Of a DNA stretch of 64,000 bases, positions 12,660 to 24,584 are shown piece after piece. The notes beneath the pieces are model-generated. The model was given only the letters and a program-made list of their open reading frames with translations. It ran no database searches and had not been told where the DNA came from. The position numbers and the translations under genes were made by a program. The first letter of the stretch is position 1; the number at the start of each line of letters is the position of its first letter. The stretch spans positions 162,750,001-162,814,000 of the forward strand of contig OZ024743.1 of NCBI GenBank assembly GCA_964016885.1. The letters are read 5' to 3'. The DNA comes from Eledone cirrhosa (Eukaryota).

Positions 12660-15088
12660 ATGGAACAGTAAGGTGGAGGGGTCAATTAAGGCCAAAAAGC
12701 AGGCTTGGAAAGTATGGCGGGATGGGGGAAGTAGAGAAGACTATCAAGTGGCCAGGAGGGAAGCTAGGAGACAAGTGTACTTAGCAAGAAGGGAAGCAGA
12801 GGAAAGAAAGTTCAAGCATGTTCTACAACGCGAGGACCAAAAACGTGAGGTGTTCAGGATTGCTAGGCAATGCGTCGAGGAAAACCGTGATATTGTCGGG
12901 GAGAAGTCTGTACTTAACGATGATGGCACACTTGCCATCACCGACGCTGATAAGAAGGTAGCTTGGAAGTGTCACTATGAAAGGCTACTAAATGAGGAGA
13001 ATAAATGGGAGAAAGACAGTCTCCCCCATATCGACCCAATAGAGGGACCAGCAGTGTTAGTCGAGGGGAGTATAATAAGTAAGGCAATCAAGGATATGAA
13101 GACGGGTAAGGCAGCTGGGCCTTCGGAAATAGTTGCTGAGATGCTGAAGGCATCTGGAACGGTGGGACACACCATGGTCACCCGCATAGTTAACCAAGTC
13201 GTACAGAATGGGGTTGTTCTGAAGGACTGGCATAGCAGCATCATCGTTAACTGTTATAAGGGTAAAGGAGACGCCCTAGATAGGAGTAACTATAGAGGCA
13301 TTAAATTAATCGACCAGGTCATGAAGGTCACGGAAAAAGTAAGAGCGCAACTAATCAGAGAGAGAATTGACCTAGATGAAATGCAGTTCGGGTTTGTGTC
13401 AGGCAAAAGTACCACAGACGCTCTTTTCATTGTACGACAACTACAGGAGAAGTACCTAGCTAAAGGTAAACCCCTCTACTTAGCTTTTGTCGACTTAGAG
13501 AAAGCCTTCGACAGAGTCCCCAGCTCCATTATCTGGTGGGCTCTTAGAAAACTAGGCGTTGACGAATGGCTTGTGAGGGCTATACAAGCCATGTATAAAG
13601 AAACAGTCAGCAAGGTTAGAATTAACAACGAATATAGTGAAGAGTTTAGCGTAAAAGTTGGCGTCCATCAGGGCTCTGTTCTCAGCCCCCTACTATTTAT
13701 TATTGCCCTTCAGGCTATAACAGAGGAGTTCAAGACCGGCTGCCCATGGGAACTCCTATACGCAGACGACCTGACACTCATAGCGGAATCAATGGCCGAG
13801 CTAGAGAAGAAATTCCAAACATGGAAGCACGGCCTAGAGTCAAAAGGACTTAAAATTAACCTGGCTAAGACTAAAGTTCTAGTTTGTAGGAAAGAAAACA
13901 AGGCGGCGGTCCCTTCTGGGAAATGGTCGTGCTCGGTGTAGAAAGGCGTAGGTAGAAACTCCATTTTATGTCCTAAATGCAAAGTATGGGTGCATAAAAG
14001 ATGTAGTGGGATCACAGGTAAGCTAACTAAGAACATAGATTTTACATGTGGCCGGTGCTCTGGTGCAATAAGTAGCAGCAAGTGCCCACAAAATACTAGC
14101 TCTTTCAATTGCGCAGAGGGTTCTATAGAAATAGTGGACAGCTTCCGTTACCTGGGCGATAAAATCAGCAGTGGGGGAGGGTGCTCTGAAAGTACAGTAG
14201 CTAGAGTCAGAACTGGTTGGAAAAAGTTCAGAGAGCTTATACCACTATTAGCTGCTAAAGGGTTCTCCCTAAAAATGAAAGGCAGGTTGTACGATGCCTG
14301 CATACGAACAGCAATGTTGCATGGCAGTGAGACCTGGGCATTGTGTGCAGAGGATATATGCAGACTAGAGAGGAACGAAGCTTGCATGCTCCGCTGGATG
14401 TGTAACAGTAATATACGTGAACGGCAAAGCATAAACGAACTAAGGAAAAAATTAGAGATAAGAGGGATCAGATGTTGTTTACTCGAGAGAAGGCTATGTT
14501 GGTATGGACACGTGATGCGCATGAAAGTCGATAGCTGTATAACAAAGTGCAGGGCAATAAAGATAGACGGTAGCCACGGAATAGGCAGACCTAGAAAAAC
14601 CTGGGACGAGCTGATAAACTCCAACCTCACACACTTACACCTCTCCAAGACAATGTCACTGGACCGAGACCTTTGGCGGTACTCAGTAACAGAGAAGACC
14701 CGCCTTACCTAAATACATAGTAAAACCTACTACAGCCAGTAGGCATCTCTAACAAAATCCACCCCCACCCCATCCACACCACCCCGTTCTATGTAAAGTT
14801 ATGTTGGTGCCGCGCCATCCAGGCCGAAACAAATGAGATCGTGTAGGTGTCACGACAAAAAAACACACAGTCCACGCTGTAATGTGGCCGTGTAGGCAAC
14901 ACGGTAAAAACCTCCCAGACCCACACTGTAAATGTGGTTGGTGTTAGGAAGGGCATCCAACTGTAGAAAACCTGCCAGACAGTCCTATGCGAGCAAGACA
15001 ATCACTCTTGCCTCAAGTGGGACTACCCCCGTCCAAACCCATGCAAGCGTGGAACACGGACGTTAAACGTTGATGATGATGATGATGA

Positions 15089-15090
<2 letters not shown>
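12660..15090 (+). mobile_element. 5'-truncated RTE LINE: RT with PHD insertion, 3' UTR and (GAT)n tail
   Basis: 422-aa and 240-aa ORFs separated by one frameshift near 13938; GVHQGSVLSPLLF, LLYADD, FRYLG and MLHGSETW motifs. Confidence 0.95.
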
Positions 15091-15122
<32 letters not shown>

Positions 15123-15124
<2 letters not shown>

Positions 15125-17358
15125 GTCTCAGCTGCCCTCAAAACTAACTTTCCAATATACCAACTGGACCGCCCACTCTGTCCACCGCCTGCCAACAGCG
15201 AGCTGAAAGAAAAACTCTCGAGGCTAAAACATTCCGTATTTAACATTTTACGGAAACAGAGGAAGATAGCGCCAAACCTATCTAGGACGCAACAACTCGC
15301 CCTGAAGAACCTGCGGAAAAGGGAACTCATCTACTTACCATCCGACAAGGGGAAAGAGTTTTGTGTCATCTCTCAAGCCACATACAACAACTTAGCTTTT
15401 GAACACTTAAGCAACAACAAACTGTATACAAAGGTCCCGGACATAACTGCAGCCAGATCGAAAAACAGGCCAACTCCATCTGGTTCGACATCTGTAGTAG
15501 AAGACAACTCCCAAATAAATTTAAGTCCAATTACATCACTAGAAATAGCAGACTGCCCACTTTCTATCACCTCATGAAGACCCAAGACACAAATAAGACC
15601 CATCTAGCATAGAAGGGCCCCTATACAAAATTTCCTGGCTCCTCTCCCAGGTCCTAAAGCCTTTACTCTCCACCTTTCCCGGGCATGTCAGTAGCTACCG
15701 ACGGGGTCATATGTAGACTACACCAACTCCAGCCAGCCAGAATAACTTAAACTCAATAAATACACCTTTAGCCTCGACGTTGTCTCCCTCTACACTACAG
15801 TCCCCGCTCATCCAGCTGTCGATTTATTGACGGACTGCATGGTCGCCGAAGACGTCCACTGCTACGACATCCATCTGACGGACATACACCAGCTTTTGAC
15901 CTTCACGGTGGTCAACACTTACTTCACCTTCCACCACCATACAGGCAGAGAACAGGATTACCCATGGGATCCAGCCTATTGGGCCTGCTGGCCATTACTT
16001 ATATGAACCAGATGGAATACCGAGCCCTCAACACCTGCCATTCCTATACCTTCTTCACCCGATATCTAAATGACATACTCATCCTTACATCATCCCGTGA
16101 GGAAGTGAATAAAATATACATGACATTCTCCAGCATGGACGCCAATATAAAGTTCAGCATGGAACACCCTGATGACCATGGATCCCTATCCCTATTAGAC
16201 TTCCAACTCAGAGTAACAGAGGAAGGCGACATCTACACCTGCTTCTATAAAAAAAACGCCAGCAGGGACCTGTTCGTCCATTTCAGGTCAGCCCTCCCAC
16301 TCGGTGCCAAGTTCGGATACATAAGGAATGAACTGGCACGTATCCGGAACAAATGCACCGACCCAAGAGACCGAGACACACACACGACACACTTCCTGGA
16401 AGTACTTAGACTGAATGGATATCCGACGTCCACCGCAAACTGTGCCAGAAACAACAGAAGACACCACACCCGAAGCACTAACACCTGCTTCCTGAAGCTC
16501 CCACACTTCAGTGATGAAACCACTACAGCCATCCGCAGAACTATCAGACGAGAGGGACTAGATATCCAGCTAGCCCATTCGGGACCTTCTCTACGCAGAC
16601 AGCTAGCCAAGAGACACTCCACCAGATAATACAGCCGCTGCACGCTGGCCAACTGCCCCATCGACGACACAGACCTATGCCACCAGGCATACGTCGTCTA
16701 CAGATTAGAGTGCGACAAATGTAGCAATTTCTACATTGGTAGCACTACCAGACCACTTCACATTAGAATAAAAGAAAACCTCAACACTAATGCTTCCTCA
16801 TTTAAGACACACCTGGAGAAATGTAAAAACATCAACAAAAACATAATAGTTAGGATAGAAGCTAAGGAAAGAAACCTCGGTAATCTTAGAATTAAAGAAT
16901 CATTAATTATAGACAAAACGCAACCACCAATCAATAATAGATTAGAACTCAACACCCAATTTTTAACATGATAGAGCATCTAGTCCCCATTTTTACATCT
17001 CCACGTATCCTCTCTCACACACATGCATGCTTACACCTTTACGTATTCTCTCTCACACACACATAGACATACATGTCCAAACCCTTTGACATTAGAAGTA
17101 GAATGGAATTTTATAGTACTTCCGGACAGCTTGACTTGGCAACCCACTTCAAACACTGGGTTAACCCCTTTACTTTCCTCAGACGAAGATATATTATCTC
17201 GAAATATCAGGATATACTAATAAATTAAGGTAAAGTACTAATTGTCAGCGTTATCTTTTGCATTTATATTCTATATCCAAACCTGCATTGTCTGGCCTTC
17301 TAACTTCAAACGTTTATACCTCACTACACAATGCTTCAAGTAAACTACCAATTCCTTC
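15123..17358 (+). mobile_element. Penelope-like retroelement (RT plus GIY-YIG endonuclease), decayed and 5'-truncated, flanked by (TA)n on both sides
   Basis: PSDKG, FSLDVVSLYT, GLPMGS, RYLND and LSLLD RT motifs; VVYRLECDKCSNFYIGSTTRPLHIRIKE GIY-YIG motif near 16692-16776. Confidence 0.93.
17176..17212 (+). ncRNA. Minimal type I hammerhead ribozyme motif in the Penelope 3' region, with one core substitution
   Basis: tcct-CAGACGA-agatatattatctc-GAAA-ta-TC-agga; stem I tcct/agga; CUGANGA core reads CAGACGA. Confidence 0.6.
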
Positions 17359-18132
17359 ATATATATATATATATATATACTTTGTTTACAACCAGTCATT
17401 TTCATCAGAGCACGCGAAAGTGAGGAAGATACACAAGGCATGGCTTTTATAGAGGAGTGGCAGTAATGTCTACAATTATCTTGTCAGCCCATAAATCAAT
17501 CCCACCTTTGCTGTTGTTTACTCCTTCGGACCAAACAATTATATCTACGTATCTCACATTAGCACTCATGATCTCTAACAGATGAACTTAATTCTAAGTA
17601 CATTATCTTATTACTCCTACACTCCTTGAAATCTTATTTTCCTTTTACTATTATTATGATCATCTCAATGTATCCCTAATATTATTCATGTTCTCTCTAT
17701 CTACCATGCATATTTTACTATTTTATTACTTTTATTGTCTTATTTATACACTATTTGTTATTGATGTTGTGAAAACTAAACCCCCATGATTCGAACTAAC
17801 AATCCCAACTTTTAGAATAGGCCACTTAAATAACGAATCTACAACTTCACTTAACACCACATAAAAACTATGTATTTCTTTGCACCCACCCTATCATTCT
17901 CACTAAATTAATACAACGAAAATGCTTATCTGTCAAACAATAAATAAATCTCCAGTTTATTGCCAGTGAATCCTGATAAAATGTTATGGCTTGTATTTTG
18001 TAGTTATGATTATTCATTTGAAAGAGTAACAAGGTATACACATACTCTTAGAGTTCAAATAATTGTGTTGAGAAAATACTTGATTTGCAATTGCATTAAC
18101 ATATCTTTTATTTTATTTTTATTTTTTTCTAG

Positions 18133-18264
18133 CGTAAATTTGGTAGCTGTGAACATGGTGGCTACGGACTTGGTCTTGAGCGTTTCCTTTGCTGGATCCT
18201 GAACCGATACCATATTCGAGATGTATGTCTGTATCCACGCTTCATTGAACGATGCAAGCCTTAA
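18133..18264 (+). CDS. NARS1: AsnRS last coding exon (class II motif 3)
   Basis: ttctag acceptor; [43 protein letters not shown] ending in TAA. Confidence 0.96.
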   Translation, partial: RKFGSCEHGGYGLGLERFLCWILNRYHIRDVCLYPRFIERCKP

Positions 18265-18429
18265 CTCTGAACACTTATCTATCTTTTTTGAGTACTTGAA
18301 ATGTAATTCTTCATAGATAACGAACTTGACTTTCCAATCCTTACCTACTGCAAACGTTATTCAGCCAGAAACATTTTATTCATATTTTTATTAACCATCT
18401 GATTATTGCTTCTGCTCAGAAATTATTGT

Positions 18430-18580
18430 CTTATTATTATTGAGTTCAAATCACACTGGAGTTGACTTTGCTTTTTATCCTTCTAGGGTTGATAAAGTAA
18501 ACACCAATGAAGTTCTGGGCTCAATATAATCATCTTATGCCTTCCCAAGAAATTGTGATTTTGTGCTTAAAACAAAAATC
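18430..18580 (+). mobile_element. Partial SINE in the putative NARS1 3' UTR
   Basis: gagttcaaatc...gactttgctttttatccttctagggttgataaa. Confidence 0.6.
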
Positions 18581-18604
18581 ATTAAAAACTTTAGATCCTT
18601 TTCA

Positions 18605-18610
18605 AATAAA
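18605..18610 (+). promoter_or_regulatory. Candidate polyadenylation signal for NARS1 (alternative at 18885-18890)
   Basis: AATAAA about 340 nt after the stop codon; weak in AT-rich DNA. Confidence 0.35.
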
Positions 18611-19650
18611 GATTTACTTTACAATAATTATAGACAGCTGATAAAATAGTGATATCTACATTTTTACCAAAGATCAAGATTTGGTAACTAATTAAAGCCC
18701 TAAAGATGTGTATGAGGTATGAATGTATATGTAGGTTTGTGTGTGTAACTGTTGCTGTATAATTCTCCCAGATGTATATGACTGTATTATTTTAGGTTTG
18801 AACAAGTATTGTTTCTCTGATGTTAGTCTCCCAAACTTGCTTGTTTAACTACAATTATCAAGAAATAGCTCCTCTAATATCAACAATAAACATTATAAAT
18901 GATATTAAATTAATAAGTGCCAGAAAAATAACATATATACATATAGTGTATATAGAATATACTTCCAAAATATGAGTTGACATTCAGCTGCTGAAACCAT
19001 GCCTAAAATTGTAGTGTACAAGTGTGATGTGGTCCTCTGACATAAGTAGGAGGGCAGTAACTCCAAATATGAATTAGCTCTGACTGTAACAAACCTTCCA
19101 AACCATGCCAGTATGGAAAGAAAGCAGAAAATGATGTTTGCAGTTAAAAAAGAAATGCTGAAAAACATTGATAATAATAATTATTACTATTTCTTGGACC
19201 GATAATAATAATGGTAATAAACTGTATTGCCAAAAGTGTATTTAGATTACTACCAATTAAAATAGTAATTACAAAAGAACTGATATTGTTTTCACCTCTG
19301 ACTACTTTCTTGCATCTATTGTTGACTGCCTGCTTATATTCTTTGCCTTTTCCACACCTAGTTGTATCTAACACCAGGTGATGTTTATAGCCGAAAATAT
19401 TATACACAGAAATTAGTAACACTAATGCTGTCTAAAACGGTTTAAGGGGTCCATTCTTTTTATTTCTCTCTCTCTCTCTATCTCTTCCAGTGTGGAAATG
19501 ATAGAAATATTTGTAATTTAAATTGAAATTTTAAAATCATTTAAAATCAATAAAGAATAATTTCTGATCTAAAATTATTGTTGTTTTCTAAATAAAAATA
19601 AGTACAAAACTCCAAATATAGACATGCTTTCTCTCTCTATATATATATGT

Positions 19651-21938
19651 ATTTGCTTAAGTTTGTCTGATTTAACGAGTTTTTATTCAGCCTTTGCGAT
19701 TCTATATTGGGCTGATGTGTGACCACATTCTCTTCTGATTCTATGTTTTTGAGATATTGCTTTCGTTGTTTGTTGTGACATCCATTGTGGGATGGGAAGG
19801 CTTTCCTTAGGTAAAATCTCTTCAGATACCTCTTTTATGCCTCTGCAGATAGTATCATAAATCTTGTTGGAGTCTTCATCAGATTGCAAGGCTGAAAAGC
19901 AGTTTTGCAACTTGAGTTTAAATCAGCTTGCTGTTTCGTTACATGAGAGTTTGTCTAAGTTAACTTTCGATGGTATTTTAGTCGTTTGTGGCCAAACAAA
20001 GTCAATGCAAAATCTTGCGCGCACCATACGATGGTCAAATATATCAGGAGTGTTAAGAGCAGTGCTGTCTAATATGTTTAGTCTTGCTGAAGATTTTCTT
20101 GCTATTATAAAGTCTATTTGATTCTTAGTTATACTGTCTGGTGATATCCAAGTGGACAGGTTTTTCTTTTGAAATATTGTGTTGGTGATCTGCAGATTGT
20201 TCCTCTTACAAAATTCGGCTAGAAGCTCGCCTCTCGAGTTAAATGTACTTGTGGTATATTTCCCAATACTTGATGGGAATGATCGTTCAGTTGCCCAATT
20301 TTACAGTTAAAGTCACCCATCAAAAAGAGGTGATCTCTCTTTGGTGTCTTATCTATAATGGCCTGTACGTTGTCATATAACTCATTGATTTCTTCATCTG
20401 GGTGTGTAGATGTGTGCAGACAAACTTAAGCAAATGTACAACAACATTGAGGAGCTGAATAACCTACCACCCAACTTGTTATATCATGCTGTTCTGAAGA
20501 AACTAAAGACTAAACCAAGAAATCTTAGCTGGAGCATTAAAGATTCAAACGATACTATCCTTACTTCCAAAGATGATATCCTTGAATGCTGGGCTAAATT
20601 CTATGAAGAACTGTACTTCAGCAACTCAGAACCAACCATTCATGATTCAACATCAGATGCCATTCCATCTATCTAAATTTGATGTGAGGAAAAAGCCCTG
20701 GACAACATATACTCAGAATTCATCAAAGCACTTCAACATCTTTTTAACTGTATTATCACTACAGGAAAAAGCCCAGACATGTTCAAGAAAGCATTGATAG
20801 TTGTACTCTACAAAAAAGGTAACAGACTTGATTGTGGGAACTATCGTTCTATCAGCCTACTGAGTCATGTTTACAAGCTTTTCATGAGTGAAGTCAGACC
20901 ATTACGCCTCATTTCCTGAAACACAAGCTGCGTATCAACCTGGAAGAGGCACCATTGAGCAGATCCTAGCTATTGAACAAATCATTGAGGAATCAATAGA
21001 ATTCAACAACCTGGTGCACATCACCTTCATTGACTTCACAAAAGCTTTTGACAACGTGAAACTACCCAACTTGTGGCAACTTAAACAAGACTTCAGTTAA
21101 AAAATACATCAACCTACTGAAAGAAACTTACACCAACTTAACAGCATATATCAAAACAAATTTGGGAACTACACGGTATATAGACATCTTGAAGGGGGGT
21201 GTACTATCAGCACTTCTTTTCTGTATAGTTATAGCTACACTCATCTACCAAACTGAAGAAGAATGCTCATCTGGCTATCAAGTAGGAGGTAAAATCCTAT
21301 CAAATCTTAGCTATGCAGACGATCTGGCCATCATAACTGATCTGCAAGACTTTCTGAATGTACTGGCCAAACTTCACTAGAGGCTGGCTTACACATCAAC
21401 ATCTCCAAAACAAAGTATATGACATCTGATAAAAACAATGCCAATCTACAACCAGCAAATTGCTTAAGTTACGGAGAAAATAAGTTTCCTATCATTTGAA
21501 GGCTAAGATCTTCGATACTTACCAGTTGTGTTATATGGTCTTGACTGTGTTAATTGGACAACAAGGTCACTTCAGAAGCTCTCTACATTCCAGAACTGCA
21601 TCATTATGACTGGCAAGCGGCTCAGCGACTGTATCTGTATCAGTGAGTTGCTCAACATTACCAGACTTAGACCAATTATATCAATTGTCAAGTCAAGAGT
21701 ACTCAAACTATATGGTCATATAAAAAGATCAACTCATGGTGTGAGTAGGTTATATCTGGAAGGAAGGTTGGCTGGTAAGAGCAGCAGAGGCCGGCAGCCA
21801 AAACGATGGCTTGATAATATGTCAACCTATGGACTGGACTTGATTTTTGGTCTTTAAACTCTGCTGCTGGTGATCGAACTTTGTGGGGAAAAATATCTCG
21901 TGTTGATGCACAGTCTGCAACTGGCATCAAAGTGAATA
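19651..21938. mobile_element. RTE-type LINE with inverted 5' part (endonuclease on minus, 19651-~20403; RT on plus, 20417-21938)
   Basis: Minus: LMGDFN and NQIDFI motifs; plus: NYRSISLLS, FIDFTKAFD, LSYADDL; a 19-nt sequence occurs at both breakpoints. Confidence 0.85.
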
Positions 21939-21946
21939 TATATATA

Positions 21947-22651
21947 CTAACAAAATTATAGATTTCATGTCTGAGAAAATCAGGAACATGTACCATACCA
22001 CCTGTAGAAGCTCAAAGATTCCAAGGAATAAATTTGAACATTTATTAAAAATTAAATTAAAGTTTGATTGACATATATATATATATAATAAACATATCAA
22101 ACATTGACAGGGGATAATTTGTAGAGTATAAACACACATAGTTACGGGGGTAACATATTAAAATTTAGCAAGAATTTTGAATATAGATACCTTGCAATAA
22201 TGATTAATCTTCTTTGTATATATTCCATTAAAGAAATATATTTCATCATTAATAGATGAATCATGCTAAATCCTGGATCGTAAGCAAAGGAGAGGATTTG
22301 AAACTATCAAGGAATAACGAAAAAAAAGCACATGTGGTTTGGAAAAAACACACAGCGCACCAGCGTCATCCTTGTGACGTGAATAGGCTTATCAACAGCT
22401 AGAAATAGCAGCCAAAGCCTTTCAACAGTAAAAGCTCAACTAACAATATGTTTAGGAGCATCTAAGACTAACAAAATTATAGATGTCATGTCTGAGAAAA
22501 TCAGAAATATGCGCTACACCACCTGTAGAAGCTCAAAGATTCCAAGGAAAAAATCTGAGCATTTATTAAAAGTTAAATTAAAGGTCGATTGACATATATA
22601 CCTATTGATGGTGAAATATATATCTTTAATGGAATATATACAAAGGAGATT
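21947..22651. repeat. ~130-bp direct repeat (21947-22075 / 22468-22597) plus 50-bp inverted repeat (22206-22255 / 22602-22651)
   Basis: Direct sequence comparison; the direct-repeat units end in (TA)n. Confidence 0.8.
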
Positions 22652-23664
22652 CGCTATTTTCCATTCATTGCCAGGGAACATCTTCACGAACCAAAGTATC
22701 GTCTTCCTATTTTCCTTCGGTTGCAACGTTTTTCGAAATATTTACTTCTGCGTTCACAGATTGATTTTTTTTAGTTTCAGAAGATCCCATTAAGGGTGAA
22801 AGCAGCGATTCTTTGCTTAAACTTTAATCTGTTATTTTAATATATAATATAAGCGAGGCAAGCCAACCCAGTTGCCACTTCTTGTCAATAAACATTAACC
22901 CTTTGTGCGCCATTCATCTAACTGTAGACCAACAAATACTAACTAAACGGAGCGTTGACAAGAACGATGGCGAATGAATCTTCGAGGTAAGCAGTTTCCT
23001 CCCGAGCTGTTACTTCACGCAGGATTCTCTGCTACATCTTTTCGTAATAATTCCGAACAATGTACTGCTGGTCACTCCTTCCTCCAAAAGCCGTATAAAG
23101 TGTACATGTGAATCGGACAGATGGATCGGTGCAAATCTACACCAGGCCTACGCGAGAAATTCGCAAGGGACTGCACTGAGAGGGATAGAGAGAAAGAGTA
23201 ACTTAGTGGAAAGAGTGCGAATGAACTTTTGAGGTAAGTAGCCTACGCCTTACTGCTATGACACTGGAACCTTCTGCCAACTTAACCTGTGACTTTCTCT
23301 TTCACATTTACTCCAATAGGCCAAAACAGAGGAGTATGAAAAGAAGTGGATCAACAATATTTCTATGAACAATGCACGTAGACAGCTAAACTTTACTTTC
23401 CTCTTCTTAATTTTCTCCAAGTAAAACAAGTTTCCTGTCGGTATATTTTTGTGAGTTTTTAACAGGCACTCACAAATAAACGTTTCTCATTGGAGGTGCT
23501 ATTACCAATGTTCTTACCTGTGCAACGCTGGGATACACTGCTAGTATATATATATATATATATGTGTCAACCTTTAATTTAGTTATACGGCAATGAATTT
23601 GTTTTGCAAGGTTTTTAATATAACATGTTGAAACAAATATTGTTATATTTGGAGAAGAAACATG

Positions 23665-23714
23665 ATAGTATCACTGATGATGTCACGTGTGTGATGAAAG
23701 AACTCTGAGACTAT
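23665..23714 (+). ncRNA. Type I hammerhead ribozyme motif with intact core in a ~150-bp insert within (TA)n
   Basis: atagtatca-CTGATGA-tgtcacgtgtgtgat-GAAA-gaac-TC-tgagactat; stem I 8 of 9 paired; stem II gtcac/gtgat. Confidence 0.75.
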
Positions 23715-23917
23715 ATATATTTATATCTATATTTTTAACTGTTGGTAAATCAATGATAAGCATTGATTGCCAGCTAAATTAACTATAAGGATATAAAATA
23801 TACGGAAGCGAAAAGCAATCCAAACCAAACTGTGAGTGTGTTTTATTATATATTTCTGGCAATATTACATGACCCTCCCTAAATATAACAAAATATATAT
23901 ATATACACACACACACA

Positions 23918-24460
23918 GCCCTGATTCCTTCGGGGAAATGGCCTGGCTCAGTATACAGGAAAGAAGTAGGTATAAATTCCATCTTATGTACAAAATGTAA
24001 GCTATTGGTACACAAAGGATGTGTTGTAATGTAATCGCAGGCAGGCTAGCAAAGAAGCTAGGCTTTGTATGTGGTCAATACACAAGAGCAGTAAGCAAAA
24101 AGAGACCACAGGAAATGAGCTATTAAGCACCCAGATGGCTACCTAGAAATAGTTGGCAGCTTCTGCTACCTGGGGGACCAAATTAGCAGTGAAGAGGTGT
24201 GTTCTGAAAGTACAGTGAAGACAAGTTGGAAAAAGTTTAGTGAGCTACTACCACTGCTTGCACAAAGGGTCTCTAACTCAGGGTGAAAGGCAGATTATAC
24301 AATGCTTGTGTACGAACAGCAATACTACATGGTAACGAGACTTGGGCTTTGTGTTCGAAAGACTTACAATGATTGGAAAGAAATGAGGCAAGCATGCTCG
24401 GACGAATGTATAATAGCAGTATACGTGAGTAACAAAGTATGAATGAGCTGAGAGAAAAAT
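23918..24460 (+). mobile_element. Decayed RTE LINE fragment (PHD/thumb region)
   Basis: PSGKWPGSVYRKEVGINSILCTKCKLLVHKGC and FCYLGDQI motifs. Confidence 0.8.
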
Positions 24461-24584
24461 CCCGTTTTCTTTAGAAACTCAAGTTTTATTACTGTTGCCC
24501 CATACTAAATACTTTGTAAAGTCATTTTGATTTAGAAACATATCCCTTATAACATTTTCTTGACTTTAATAATCTCTATAAGTT

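Noticed and set aside
12673-14712. Possibly active or domesticated RT gene
   Set aside because: 5'-truncated with no endonuclease, and frameshifted near 13938
17381-17420. CTGATGA on the minus strand beside (TA)n
   Set aside because: No stem II, GAAA or cleavage site follows, so a hammerhead cannot be supported
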